A stretch of DNA of 64,000 bases from a virus (lineage: Duplodnaviria > Caudoviricetes): IMG/VR virus record IMGVR_UViG_2645727757_000001, positions 64,001-128,000 of that record; one strand, given 5' to 3'. The position numbers were made by a program, and so were the translations under genes. The number at the start of each line of letters is the position of its first letter. The first letter of the stretch is position 1. The notes below the pieces were generated by a model. It had not been told where the DNA came from. It did no database searches and saw only the letters and a program-made list of their open reading frames with translations. Shown in pieces: positions 9,775 through 21,848 of this stretch.

Positions 9775-12113
9775 CAGTTTACCTCCGCATCATCTAAAAT
9801 TAATTTAGCATCTATAACTTGATTACATACAGGACATACATTTATTTTAGAAATGTATTCTTTAAATTCTTTCTTTAATGAATCTATTAATACTTTTCCT
9901 TTTGAAATCCTAGTTTCAAGCTCATTTTTAGATTTATCTTCTATTTCTATACTTTTACTATTTTCTTCAACTAAATTAGTGTATTTATATAAGGTATTCA
10001 GCATATCTATTCCGTTATTAATCTTTAATATAAAATCTTTAAGCTTATCTATATCATCTTGATTAATAGCTTTAGACTTTAATGATTTAATATTATTAAT
10101 AACCTTATCTAAATCATCTTTTAAATTATTTATATTTTCATATGAATTTAAAGTTTCCTTATATTCATTAACTAACATCTTGTTATCAAGAATATTAGTT
10201 ATATCAAATAATTTATCATTATCTAATTTAATTAAATTAACTATATGCCTAGCTTCCTTTAACATAGAATAATATTTATCTATTCTAATATATTCTTCAA
10301 GACAGCTTGAATATTCTTTTATTTTTATATTCAATGAATCCATATAGTCAAGATTAGCAAGTTTAGAATTTAAATCTGAAATTTCATTTTCTATAGCATC
10401 ATATTTATGCTTTAGATTTTTAGCTAAAGTTAATAAAGTTTCTATATTATTTTTTTCTTTAGAAAACATCTCTAATGTTTTTAGTAAATTCTTCTTTTCC
10501 TCTAGGTCTTCAAACTCTTTTAACTTTTCATTCTCTTTATTTATAAGATCAACGTAAAAGTTCATTTCTTTTGATGCATTTAAAGCATCTTTGCTACATT
10601 GTTTTATAGCTATATCCATAGTTTGTGCACCTATAAGCCTACCTAATGCACTTGCTTTAACTGAAACAGGTTCAGTTATAAGAAAATGTGGATGTAGCTG
10701 ATCTGCTACATTTATTTTATATTTTCTATCTTTAGCTAAAGTTACATTAAGCATTTGATGGGTATTTATAACCTCAATAGGAATTTCAGAACCAAATCCT
10801 TTGAATACTTCTACGTTACCATTAGTATCAGTTACCTCATAAGTTCCAGAAGAGGTTCTTGTCCTACTTCTTTTTATGCTGCTACCATCACTAAAAGTTA
10901 CTTTTACTTCACAGGAATTTTGATTTGTTCTAATGAAATTAGAACCTTTAGGCTCATTAAATAAACACCATACAAGTGCTCTTAAAGAGGAAGTTTTTCC
11001 ATTTCCAGATTCACCTACAATAGCGTTTAATCCTTCTGTATATTTAATTACTTCATGTTTATATGATTGGAAGTTTTTAATTTCAAGTTCTGTTATTCTA
11101 AGCTCATAAGGTTTCTCTACAAAGCCTTTTAAAACATCATTTTCTTCATCTGACATTTCTTCGGCTCTTGTTATTAACTCTATGGCTTTGTTCTCTACAT
11201 CTTTTTCTACTTGATTTTTTGAAGTTATTTCTTTAACTATATCAATAGATGAAGAGTGACTTTGTATATTAGATAAGTCTTCAATACTTTTTTGGAATTC
11301 ATTAATTAAGGAAATTTTATCATTTTTATTGATAATCTTTTTAAGATCGAATACTTCTTCTCTTTTTCTTGCTGTTTTTAAATAGATATACTCATGTTTT
11401 TCTTCTATCTTTCCATTAACATTATTAAAGTCTAGTAATAATACTTTTGGCATATCTTCTCTTGATGATTCAACTCTTATAGTACTACCTGGATTAATAA
11501 AAGTAGTATTATCTATAATTGTTTCTTTCCAACCATCGTGATAATGTCCCGCAAGTATAAGATCAGCATCAGTTTTTACATCTTTGATTAATGTATGAGG
11601 TATTCCAGGATAAAATGGTCTATCAAGCAACATACTATGTGTTGCTAAGATATTATAATCTCCTTTATAGCTCATAGCGTAATCATCAAATCTGCAAGTA
11701 TCAATATCTTTATAATAATGTTGACCTTCTATAATAAGCTTTAATCCGTCAATGTCATATTCTTTATATTTACCTCTATATAATAATTCAACTACTTTAG
11801 TTTTATTTAGTAATCCTAAAGTAGTTTGGTCTATAGTTGATATATTATATCCATATAAGTCGTGATTTCCTACTACAACAATAACGGGAACTCCCCAAGA
11901 CTTTATTATTTCGGCAATTTTTCCTGTATATCGTAAACTTACCTTTGGGCTATGAAACATATCTCCCCCGTGCAGAACTAAATCTACATTGTTTTTCTTA
12001 ATGATTTCACCTATTTCATTTAATTTGTCATAGGTTACAGTTTCATATACATCAAGTCTACTTGCAGGATTTTTAGCTGTTAAATGAGTATCTGTTATAT
12101 ATAGTATTCTCAT
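9774..12113 (-). CDS. SbcD/Mre11 metallophosphoesterase fused to SbcC/Rad50 N-terminal half with zinc hook
   Basis: DTH, GGDMFH, GNHD, GHYH, NPGS; then IKNFQSY, Walker A GESGNGKTS, coiled coil, CPVC. Confidence 0.9.
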   Translation of the reverse strand: MRILYITDTHLTAKNPASRLDVYETVTYDKLNEIGEIIKKNNVDLVLHGGDMFHSPKVSLRYTGKIAEIIKSWGVPVIVVVGNHDLYGYNISTIDQTTLGLLNKTKVVELLYRGKYKEYDIDGLKLIIEGQHYYKDIDTCRFDDYAMSYKGDYNILATHSMLLDRPFYPGIPHTLIKDVKTDADLILAGHYHDGWKETIIDNTTFINPGSTIRVESSREDMPKVLLLDFNNVNGKIEEKHEYIYLKTARKREEVFDLKKIINKNDKISLINEFQKSIEDLSNIQSHSSSIDIVKEITSKNQVEKDVENKAIELITRAEEMSDEENDVLKGFVEKPYELRITELEIKNFQSYKHEVIKYTEGLNAIVGESGNGKTSSLRALVWCLFNEPKGSNFIRTNQNSCEVKVTFSDGSSIKRSRTRTSSGTYEVTDTNGNVEVFKGFGSEIPIEVINTHQMLNVTLAKDRKYKINVADQLHPHFLITEPVSVKASALGRLIGAQTMDIAIKQCSKDALNASKEMNFYVDLINKENEKLKEFEDLEEKKNLLKTLEMFSKEKNNIETLLTLAKNLKHKYDAIENEISDLNSKLANLDYMDSLNIKIKEYSSCLEEYIRIDKYYSMLKEARHIVNLIKLDNDKLFDITNILDNKMLVNEYKETLNSYENINNLKDDLDKVINNIKSLKSKAINQDDIDKLKDFILKINNGIDMLNTLYKYTNLVEENSKSIEIEDKSKNELETRISKGKVLIDSLKKEFKEYISKINVCPVCNQVIDAKLILDDAEVN

Positions 12114-12154
12114 TTTTTTTGCCTCCTGTATAATATTTTTATATCTTTTGTTTT

Positions 12155-12886
12155 TTAATATTTCTTATAATTTTTACATCCGCAACTTGGACATTCTATT
12201 TCTTCGTCATCACTTAATTCATCATCTTTGAAAATATAATCACAATCATCACATACATATGCTATAACTTCATCACCAAGTGCTCTAAGATAATCTATTT
12301 CATTTTCATATTCTTCAAGAACCGTTGTTATTTCATCACTACCTTCGTGATATTGTATTTTTCCAATGTCATATATTCCACAACCAGATTCCTCTGCTGA
12401 AAACTCGCAATCAACTTTATACTTTTTACATATAAGGTCTAAAATAGGTTTTGGATAAGTCCAAGGACTTTCAAAATTTACAAACGCTTCCGTATCGAAA
12501 TATTCTTTATAAAATGCAGAAGAATTCTTATCTACATCCCATTTTACACCGTAGTTGTCTATCCTCCATTCATACCAGTTAATAACTGTATAACCTTTAG
12601 GTTTTATAGAACAACCATGAATATGTCTTTCAGTACCTTGGCATATATATGGCTTAATATCATCAGTTATATCTTCATCTTTTATTACGGATATTTCATT
12701 TACTTCATTGTGTTCAATTAGATTACCTTCATCATCGAATGTTAAAAATTCAAATGGTTCTGGTATTAATTTTGTATATGAAAAATCATTTTCGTTTAGT
12801 AATTCTTCTTTTAGTTTTTTTATCCTGCTGTTTATATTTGATTTAAAAGTAGCGCATACGAAGCACCAATTTGGCATATTAATCAC
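12155..12886 (-). CDS. YubB/DUF1281-like ferredoxin-fold protein with C-terminal zinc ribbon
   Basis: MPNWC, WYEWRIDNYGVKWD, FESPW..P, E.GCG; CDDC...CPSC. Confidence 0.65.
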   Translation of the reverse strand: MINMPNWCFVCATFKSNINSRIKKLKEELLNENDFSYTKLIPEPFEFLTFDDEGNLIEHNEVNEISVIKDEDITDDIKPYICQGTERHIHGCSIKPKGYTVINWYEWRIDNYGVKWDVDKNSSAFYKEYFDTEAFVNFESPWTYPKPILDLICKKYKVDCEFSAEESGCGIYDIGKIQYHEGSDEITTVLEEYENEIDYLRALGDEVIAYVCDDCDYIFKDDELSDDEEIECPSCGCKNYKKY

Positions 12887-12904
12887 TTTCCCTTCTTTTG
12901 TGTA

Positions 12905-13402
12905 TTATTTATTTCCAGAACTTCCGAAGCCATTATCACCTCTTGAAGTTTTTTCAAGACTATTTACTTTTTTAAAATCTACATCGTGATAATCAATAAT
13001 AATCATTTGGGCTATTCTAGTACCTTTTTTAATTTTTCTAGGAAATAGACCAATTCTTGTCATTATTGCACTTATTACACCTGTATAATTGCAATCAATT
13101 ATTCCAGGAACAACGAAATTTCCTTTAAGACTTTCACCACTTCTGCTAGTAACAATACCAAATTTCCCTTTTGGTAAAGAACATCTAAAATTCAAAGGAA
13201 CCTTTTTAGTTCTAAAAGGAAAAATCCAAGTATCTTCTACAGCATACAAATCATAACCAGCATCACCTTTTTCGTGTTTGTAAGCTGGAACATCGTCTAT
13301 AACCTTCATAAAATCAGCTTTAACGATTTCCTTATTAGTTATTGTATGCTCCATATCTTCAAATGGATTTGTTTTTAAATTTTCTAACAAATTTACTACC
13401 AC
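12905..13402 (-). CDS. dut: Trimeric dUTPase
   Basis: AGYDL, RSG, GIIDCNYTG, RIAQ, RGDNGFGSSG. Confidence 0.95.
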   Translation of the reverse strand: MVVNLLENLKTNPFEDMEHTITNKEIVKADFMKVIDDVPAYKHEKGDAGYDLYAVEDTWIFPFRTKKVPLNFRCSLPKGKFGIVTSRSGESLKGNFVVPGIIDCNYTGVISAIMTRIGLFPRKIKKGTRIAQMIIIDYHDVDFKKVNSLEKTSRGDNGFGSSGNK

Positions 13403-13504
13403 CTTCCAATTAATATAATAAAATTATACTAATTAATTATAGCAAATTCTAGTAATAATGTTAAAATAAGTCAGAATAATGGATAACTATTCTGACTTAT
13501 ATTT

Positions 13505-14326
13505 TTACATAGCAGTAAGATATTTAATTAATTTAAATCCATCAGTAAGCGTTACGTCTTCTAGATTATTTACATGGAATTCATTGTTTAATATAGACGT
13601 AAAATCTTCATTGGAAATATTCTTTGCATTTAATAGTTCTTTGATTTTCATTACTTGTGAACTATTAACATTCAAAGTCATTCTTCCTTTGTTATTACTA
13701 AGAGAATTTAATGTAGGATTAACACCTTGATTATTATTTCTCTTTTCTTCATTTTGTTTATTATTTACGTTACTTTTATTTTGATTATTATTGTTTCTAC
13801 TATTATTATTATTTTTAATATTTCTATTGTCATTATTATGATTAAAACTATCATCTTCCTCATATAGTTCTTCTATTGAAACTAAGCCTGTATTAGTATA
13901 AAGCTTTAATGCTCTTGATATAGCTCTAGTTTCTGCCATTCGGATGAAATGAGGTGCTACCATCTTGTTTGTATTTGATTGGTTTGCATCTCCTATGCTT
14001 GTGTAAAGTACTTCAATCAATTCATCAGTTTTTGGATCAATGTCATATCCAACTAATGTTGCTTTCATAATACATACACCTGCATTTTCTTTGCTAGGAT
14101 ATTGTAATATTTCAGTTGTTAAAGACTTTATGCCTTTTATATTAGCTAATATCCTCAATCCTTCGCTTGTGATAGCTTCACTTGCTTTTCCAGAATCTTT
14201 TCTTCCAAATGAAACAATGTATTTATCCCTAAAATCCTTAGAGTTAAATACATTCTTAACCTTTTCGTCTATTAGTTGTTTATTAGTCTTTTCTTCTTCT
14301 TTACCGTTTACTTTTTTATCTTCCAT
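13505..14326 (-). CDS. Hypothetical protein, possible ssDNA-annealing protein
   Basis: GDA...RMAETRAISRAL core with an Asn-rich linker; lies in the recombination block. Confidence 0.35.
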   Translation of the reverse strand: MEDKKVNGKEEEKTNKQLIDEKVKNVFNSKDFRDKYIVSFGRKDSGKASEAITSEGLRILANIKGIKSLTTEILQYPSKENAGVCIMKATLVGYDIDPKTDELIEVLYTSIGDANQSNTNKMVAPHFIRMAETRAISRALKLYTNTGLVSIEELYEEDDSFNHNNDNRNIKNNNNSRNNNNQNKSNVNNKQNEEKRNNNQGVNPTLNSLSNNKGRMTLNVNSSQVMKIKELLNAKNISNEDFTSILNNEFHVNNLEDVTLTDGFKLIKYLTAM

Positions 14327-14338
14327 TGAAAATCCTCC

Positions 14339-14638
14339 TTAAAAAATTATTTCAATTTTGTTGTTCTCAAAATCGAATATATCTTTTTTTGCTAATATAT
14401 ATCCAATTCTTTCAGCGTAGCTACACCCTCTAACTAAGAAATAATTTTCACCCTCATAAATGATGGTATAAAAGAATAACTCTTCAATATCATCACCATC
14501 ATATAATTCGTCTAAATATTCTGTCAATTTGTAATAATTATCCCAGATAACGTCATATATAGAAAAGTTTCTAGGAATATTTTTATCGGGAAAAACTATA
14601 TCTTTTTTGTGTTTTTTCAGTTCTTGAAGTAGTTCCAA
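14339..14638 (-). CDS. Hypothetical protein
   Basis: 99 aa, AGGAGG RBS. Confidence 0.6.
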   Translation of the reverse strand: MELLQELKKHKKDIVFPDKNIPRNFSIYDVIWDNYYKLTEYLDELYDGDDIEELFFYTIIYEGENYFLVRGCSYAERIGYILAKKDIFDFENNKIEIIF

Positions 14639-14686
14639 TGTGAATATCCTCCTATACTTATATTAACCTTAAAAAGAACATAGAAA

Positions 14687-16546
14687 TTAGTCTGAATAAG
14701 CTAAATATTTAGAAGGAATCTCGCTTATGAACTCTGTCGCTTTTAAAGTGTCGGTCATATGCTTAGTTTTCTTCAAAATAGAGTAGGATATATAGACTTT
14801 TTTCTTTGCTCTTGATAATGCAACATAGAATAATCTTCTATTCTCATCCGTCTTACTTTCATTACTGTATTTACAAAATGTTTTGTTGTCAGCTCCTATT
14901 AAAAATACATTAGTATATTCAAGACCTTTAGAAGAATGAACTGTAGATAATGTAACGCAATCTATTTTTCTTCTAGTAGGTTGAGGTAAATTTACAGTAA
15001 CATAGTCTATAAATTCATTTATACTTGCATTGTTTTCTGTACAATGAGTATCACATAAATGAATTAAATCCTTGATGTTTTCTAATTCCTTAGTAGACCA
15101 GTTACATTTATAAACTCTCTCTTTTAAATAATCTGCAACATTTTTAATATAGATGTAGGGTTTAACTTTGTTATATATATTAACAAGTTCAATGAACTTA
15201 TTAACTTCATTAATAAAACCAGTTTCAACTCTGCAAGTTTTTAAAGCTGTAAGATAATCAATTTGTTCTAATCTTGCTTTAGCTACAGCAGAATCAATAA
15301 CTGTATCATTTGTACCTGGTATAAGTTCAGCTACATTTTTAAAATACCTTTTATCTTGCCTGTTAACAGCAAATTTAATGATAGTAAGAATATTTTTTAT
15401 TTCCATATAAGAATAGAAAATATTATCTCCTTTTACATTATAAGGTATTTTATTCTTTCTGAATACTGTTTTAATAACTTCACATTGCTTATTATTTCTA
15501 TATAAAACGCAAAAATCACTATACTTAGCATCACTATTTTCTTTTGCTTTTTCTATCATAGCCTTAACAAAATAAGCTTCATCAGTTGAATTTTTGCACT
15601 TTTTAACTATAATAGGATAACCATATTCATTTTCAGTAACGGAATTTTTTATAAATCCCTTTGAACTATGATTTATTAAAGCATCACAAGCCTTAACTAT
15701 AATTTTTGTTGATCTATAGTTTTGATTTAGTTCTAAAATTTGAGTATTTTTAAAATTCTTTTGGAACTCTATCATATATTCTGGGCTTGTGCCTCTAAAG
15801 CCATAAATTGCTTGTGCTTCGTCACCTACTAGGAATAGGTTATTTCCTTCGTATATTAGTTGTAGGAACTTAAATTGAGCGTAATTACAGTCTTGTACTT
15901 CATCACACATAATATATTTAAATTTATTTCTACAGTAATCCAAAGCTCTTTTACTGGTTCTTAGTAAAGTAACTGTATACATAATTATGTCATCATAATC
16001 AACCAAAGAATCTTTTATTAGTAATCTTTGATAACGTTCATATACAGTTGCAAACTGATGTTCTTCATCACAAGTGAACCTCTTCATTAAATGTGTACTG
16101 CTTTTTAAATTTCCTTTCAATATACTTATTTCAGATTTATAATCTTTAAAAGTATGAGAATCACATATAGCTCCTTCATTAGCTAAAGCTTTTCTTAGCA
16201 TATCTCCGCTTTCAGTAGAGCTTAAAACAGAAAGCTTTTTAAAATATAAGTCTTTCTTGAATTTCTTTAGTAAATTAAGACATACACTATGAAAAGTCCC
16301 AATAGTTATTTTGTCATAGTCTTTAACCTTATCTTTAATTTTCTTTTTAAGTTCATTAGCTGCTTTAACAGTAAATGTAATTATCATTATATTTTCCTCA
16401 TTTACTTTAAGTTCATTAACTATATATTTAGTTCTTTCAGCTAATGTTGAACTTTTTCCACTACCTGGACCTGCAAGTAATAATGTATTTTTATCTATAC
16501 TTTTAGTAACAGCATTTAATTGTTTTTCATTTAATTTCATTGTCAT
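14687..16546 (-). CDS. UvrD/PcrA-family SF1 helicase
   Basis: LNEKQ, AGPGSGKS, TFT..AA.EL, DEVQD, VGD..QAIYGFRG, NYRS, TVHSSKGLEY, RRLFYVALSRAK. Confidence 0.95.
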   Translation of the reverse strand: MTMKLNEKQLNAVTKSIDKNTLLLAGPGSGKSSTLAERTKYIVNELKVNEENIMIITFTVKAANELKKKIKDKVKDYDKITIGTFHSVCLNLLKKFKKDLYFKKLSVLSSTESGDMLRKALANEGAICDSHTFKDYKSEISILKGNLKSSTHLMKRFTCDEEHQFATVYERYQRLLIKDSLVDYDDIIMYTVTLLRTSKRALDYCRNKFKYIMCDEVQDCNYAQFKFLQLIYEGNNLFLVGDEAQAIYGFRGTSPEYMIEFQKNFKNTQILELNQNYRSTKIIVKACDALINHSSKGFIKNSVTENEYGYPIIVKKCKNSTDEAYFVKAMIEKAKENSDAKYSDFCVLYRNNKQCEVIKTVFRKNKIPYNVKGDNIFYSYMEIKNILTIIKFAVNRQDKRYFKNVAELIPGTNDTVIDSAVAKARLEQIDYLTALKTCRVETGFINEVNKFIELVNIYNKVKPYIYIKNVADYLKERVYKCNWSTKELENIKDLIHLCDTHCTENNASINEFIDYVTVNLPQPTRRKIDCVTLSTVHSSKGLEYTNVFLIGADNKTFCKYSNESKTDENRRLFYVALSRAKKKVYISYSILKKTKHMTDTLKATEFISEIPSKYLAYSD

Positions 16547-16558
16547 TACACCTCACAC

Positions 16559-16588
16559 AAAAAAGCCTAGTCATTAAGACTAGGCTTT
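16559..16588 (-). terminator. Terminator after groEL
   Basis: aaagcctagtc/gactaggcttt stem with U-run. Confidence 0.75.
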
Positions 16589-16592
16589 ATTA

Positions 16593-18191
<1,599 letters not shown>

Positions 18192-18258
18192 TCAAATACA
18201 CCTCAATCTTTAAACTTTTGAATTATAATTTATTATCTTATGTTTTATGTTTAAAGTA

Positions 18259-20757
18259 TTATTTCAGTTCCTTGAATTCTTTTTCGAGTTCTTTTTCTTC
18301 TTTCATTATTTGCTCTATTTCATCATTAGATAGTGATTTTGTCTTAATATCACCTAATAATGATTCAAGCAAACCATTTATATATTCTTTAACAGCGTTA
18401 TTATTTTTAAAACTTTCTGTAAGATTATTTTTTCCTTGCCAAACACATTCAAATCCATCTAATATTAATGTATTTCCTTCTTCGTCTAATAATCTAAACC
18501 AAGCACCCTTTTTAGATATAAGATTTTCTCTTTCTAAGATATTAATTACTTCTAATTCTCTATCTATTCCTTCATTATATCTTGCAAAGTAATCACAAGT
18601 TGTAAATGGATTTCCTTTTGCAAATCTGTTTTTAATAGTTTTGCAATGTATTTTTACACCTTCTTCTAACGTTATTGGATCATTAGAGTCCTGTTTAATT
18701 CTTCTCATATGGATTCTTTGAGAAGCATAAAAGCCTAATGCTCTTCCCCCTGTTGTAGTTTCTGGATTTCCAAACATAACTCCAACTTTTTCTCTTATCT
18801 GATTTATGAATAATAATGTGCAATTATTTTTAGATGCAGAACCAGTTATTACTCTAAATAATCTTGATAAAAGTCTTGCAATTAATCCAACATTTTGTTT
18901 ATCCATTTCATCTGACATTTCTTTTGAAGGACATAAACCTGCACTTAATTTATTAACGTATAGCTCTTTATCTATACATCTAGAGATTACTCTCATTGGT
19001 AGCTCGTCCTAAAAGCTACTTCATCGGTTGGTCATTTCCAACCTAGCTTAGACTATATCATTCACCTATAAAGGCATTGCCCCGTTTTCGTGGAAGTTTT
19101 TATTGCCATATCATTAGACTTAGGCTCACTTCTAGTCGTTGAACCTCTCCAATATATTTCTATACTGGCTTGGTAACTGATTGTCCTTTAAGGAGTTCCC
19201 AGTTTTTACGGAGTTTTACTTCGACTACAGGATTTATTCATAAAATACTCTTTGAATTTATCTTTTTTCCTATTAAGATATATACTAGAACCATCATATA
19301 AGTAATCATATATTTTTTTTATTGAATTATGACCTCCATATGAAAGTATTTTTATATTCTTTGAGTTTATTAATTTTGTTTTATTTAAAGAACAGTTGTT
19401 AATAAGTTCTTCTTGGATGGATTCTAGTAATATTTTATTACCAGCTATAGAAAATATACATGCATATGATTTATAAATACCATATTTTCTTTTTATAACT
19501 CTTTCTGAAAAACTTATGCTTCCATCGCCATCAAAATAACCTCTTATAAAATGTCTTTTTAAGTCATTATTTATATTTGGGAATTTAACATTTTTAGTCT
19601 TATTTTCAGTAAAACCAAATTTTTTTAAATCCATTGTTAATTTCCTTGAATATAGATTTAATGTAGCTATATCATACGCTTCTTCTTTGATAGGCGCATT
19701 GCTATTTAAAAATTTTTTAAAATAGTGCAATATATCAATATCTCTTTTATTTATAGAGATTCTTGTTATTCTATCTCTTGAATTGCATCCATCTGCAAGT
19801 AAAAATCCTAGAAGATATGCTTTTATTTCTGTATCTATTTTTTCAAAGAAATTTTCATTTAAACTATATTTTCTATATTCATTAAGATTTCTTTTTTTAA
19901 CACCATATCGCTTTAATATATCATAAAACATTAGCTCTTTAATGTTTAAATATCTTGATATTTTAGTTCCACCTATATTTGTATTTGTATAAAATTTTAT
20001 AGCTAACTTTTCTTGGGATTTAGTACACTTCCAATTATTATTTCTTTCTTTTAAATAATTATTAACTATAGCTCCAATTATAGGTTCGCTTTTTAGAACT
20101 ATCTCTGATATTTCTTTATGCGTTTTACCTCTACAATATAGTACAACTACTCTTTTTTTAAATTCAAAACTATAATTTGATAAATTCGGTTTCCATGTAG
20201 GCATTGAATATCACCTCTATATTATAATATCGGATTAATATTATAATATAGTAATCACATATAACGCTAGTATATTATGAAAAAAGTTTTTGTTTAATCG
20301 AATTTATTACCATCATATCAAATTTACCAGAATCAACTAAAGCTCTTAATACATCAAATCCTTGCTCTGCTGGAATATTTGCTTGATCCCAATAAGCTAT
20401 ACATGATATATCAACACCAAGGCTTTCTAAGTATTCTGGATCAACGGAAGATTCAGTTTCATACCATCCTACCATAAATGTTCTTCCTTCTTCTTTAGCC
20501 TTTTGTTGATTCTTTTTTATAATCTCAATAGCCATAGAAGTTTTTCCACTACTTTCTGGACCAAATAATTCTATTATTTTTCCTTCCGCTACACCTCCGT
20601 ATAGCATTAAGTCAAATTCATAAGAAGGAGAACTTAACCTTTTAACTGTCATTTTATCTTTTATATCACCCATAAACGATACTGTATTGGCTCCAAATCT
20701 TTTATTTATATTGGCCATAACAGTATTTAAATTTACATTTCCTTTACTAGCACTCAT
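18259..20757 (-). CDS. recA: RecA recombinase, two exons (20757-20297 and 18943-18259; 381 aa spliced)
   Basis: Exon 1: IIELFGPESSGKTS; exon 2: FINQIREKVGVMFGNPETTTGGRALGFYAS; spliced junction reads VINSI-AGL in frame. Confidence 0.92.
18944..20296 (-). ncRNA. Group I intron in recA
   Basis: 5' exon ends in U and intron ends in G; internal guide CCUGUAGUCGAA (19231-19220) pairs with 5' exon UUCGAU|UA (U-G at the splice site) and with 3' exon UGCAGG; R GUUCAACGACUA, S AUGAUAUAGUCU. Confidence 0.92.
19206..20204 (-). CDS. Intron-encoded LAGLIDADG homing endonuclease with N-terminal HTH
   Basis: AYLLGFLLADGC and FIRGYFDGDGSI motifs; YLNRK C-terminus. Confidence 0.9.
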   Translation of the reverse strand: MPTWKPNLSNYSFEFKKRVVVLYCRGKTHKEISEIVLKSEPIIGAIVNNYLKERNNNWKCTKSQEKLAIKFYTNTNIGGTKISRYLNIKELMFYDILKRYGVKKRNLNEYRKYSLNENFFEKIDTEIKAYLLGFLLADGCNSRDRITRISINKRDIDILHYFKKFLNSNAPIKEEAYDIATLNLYSRKLTMDLKKFGFTENKTKNVKFPNINNDLKRHFIRGYFDGDGSISFSERVIKRKYGIYKSYACIFSIAGNKILLESIQEELINNCSLNKTKLINSKNIKILSYGGHNSIKKIYDYLYDGSSIYLNRKKDKFKEYFMNKSCSRSKTP

Positions 20758-20769
20758 ATATAAATACCT

Positions 20770-21081
20770 CTATACTTTTAATACCCTTTTTTTAAGGTCA
20801 TTTAAAGATGATAGTAATGTATCTTTAGCACCTTTAATTTCAGTATCTTTTAATGTGTTGGCTAATATAATCATATCATCTATAATTTTTTCAAGGTCTA
20901 TGATATTGCAATCATATAAAAATTCTGATTGTTCCTTGCTTAATTTCAAAGATAAAGCTACATCAGTAGTGATTTGCTTTTTTATATCTTCACAACCTTC
21001 TAGTTCTAAAGCTCTATAATAATATAATATTGAAGTTAAGAGAGCATTTTTAGCTCCCTTAACCTTATTATCATTTATCAA
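20770..21081 (-). CDS. Hypothetical protein
   Basis: 103 aa, overlaps the ssb stop. Confidence 0.6.
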   Translation of the reverse strand: MINDNKVKGAKNALLTSILYYYRALELEGCEDIKKQITTDVALSLKLSKEQSEFLYDCNIIDLEKIIDDMIILANTLKDTEIKGAKDTLLSSLNDLKKRVLKV

Positions 21082-21551
21082 AATGGCATATCTCCTGCAT
21101 CATAATTATCATAATAATCATCTGGAGGCATATCTCCTCCATTATTATAATTATTGTTGTTATTATAATTATTGTTATTGTTATTATTGTTATTATTTGA
21201 ACCAGAATCGCTTAAAGTAAATGAAACTTGTTCTACATTCAAGTAAGAACCAAATGTTTTATTACCGAAATCATCAGTTTTTTCGTATGATCTATAAGAT
21301 GCAAGTACTTTAATAGGTTTTCCCTTAGAGAAATATGAAGCAATAAAATCAGCAGATTTTCCATAAGCTATTAAATTTATAAAATCAGCATCTTGTGCTC
21401 CATTTTGTTTTTGCTTTGTTGTTAAATTTCTTGCTACCGCTATAGTAATTGATACTTTAGAGAAAGCATTTTCTCCTGTACCTACAACCGATTTGTTTGG
21501 ATCTTTTACAAGTCTACCCTCAAAAGAACAAAAATTATTAATATTTAACAT
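21078..21551 (-). CDS. ssb: Single-stranded DNA-binding protein
   Basis: GRLVKDP, IAVAR, ADFINLIAYGKSA, KGK; Asn-rich linker; acidic DMPF tail. Confidence 0.92.
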   Translation of the reverse strand: MLNINNFCSFEGRLVKDPNKSVVGTGENAFSKVSITIAVARNLTTKQKQNGAQDADFINLIAYGKSADFIASYFSKGKPIKVLASYRSYEKTDDFGNKTFGSYLNVEQVSFTLSDSGSNNNNNNNNNNYNNNNNYNNGGDMPPDDYYDNYDAGDMPF

Positions 21552-21575
21552 GATATCACCTAACCTTTCTTTTTA

Positions 21576-21830
21576 TTAATCAGCATCACCAAAAATGCTA
21601 TAATTATATATGCTTTCAGCTATAGCTGCCGTAATTAAATAAGCATCTTTCATCGTTGCATTTTCCTCAATAATAATATCTATTATCTTGTCATAAATTC
21701 TTAAAGCTTTTTCTAATTGTTCATCTTCTTTATTTATACTTTTATCAACGATGTTTTTAATTTCACTTTTATCTACTCTTTTTTCAACTAAAGTATTGTT
21801 CATTTTTTCACTTTGATAAGTAATATCCAT
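21576..21830 (-). CDS. Hypothetical protein
   Basis: 84 aa, GAGG RBS. Confidence 0.55.
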   Translation of the reverse strand: MDITYQSEKMNNTLVEKRVDKSEIKNIVDKSINKEDEQLEKALRIYDKIIDIIIEENATMKDAYLITAAIAESIYNYSIFGDAD

Positions 21831-21848
21831 ACATTTATACCTCGCTTT

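Noticed and set aside
18944-18996. N-terminal MRVISRC...KLS of ORF 18259..18996 as a real start
   Set aside because: This is intron 3' sequence; RecA homology begins at AGL after the terminal G at 18944
21140-21200. (TTA/TTG)n microsatellite, also at ~13730-13845
   Set aside because: Encodes Asn-rich linkers in SSB and the 13505 protein; ordinary coding low complexity
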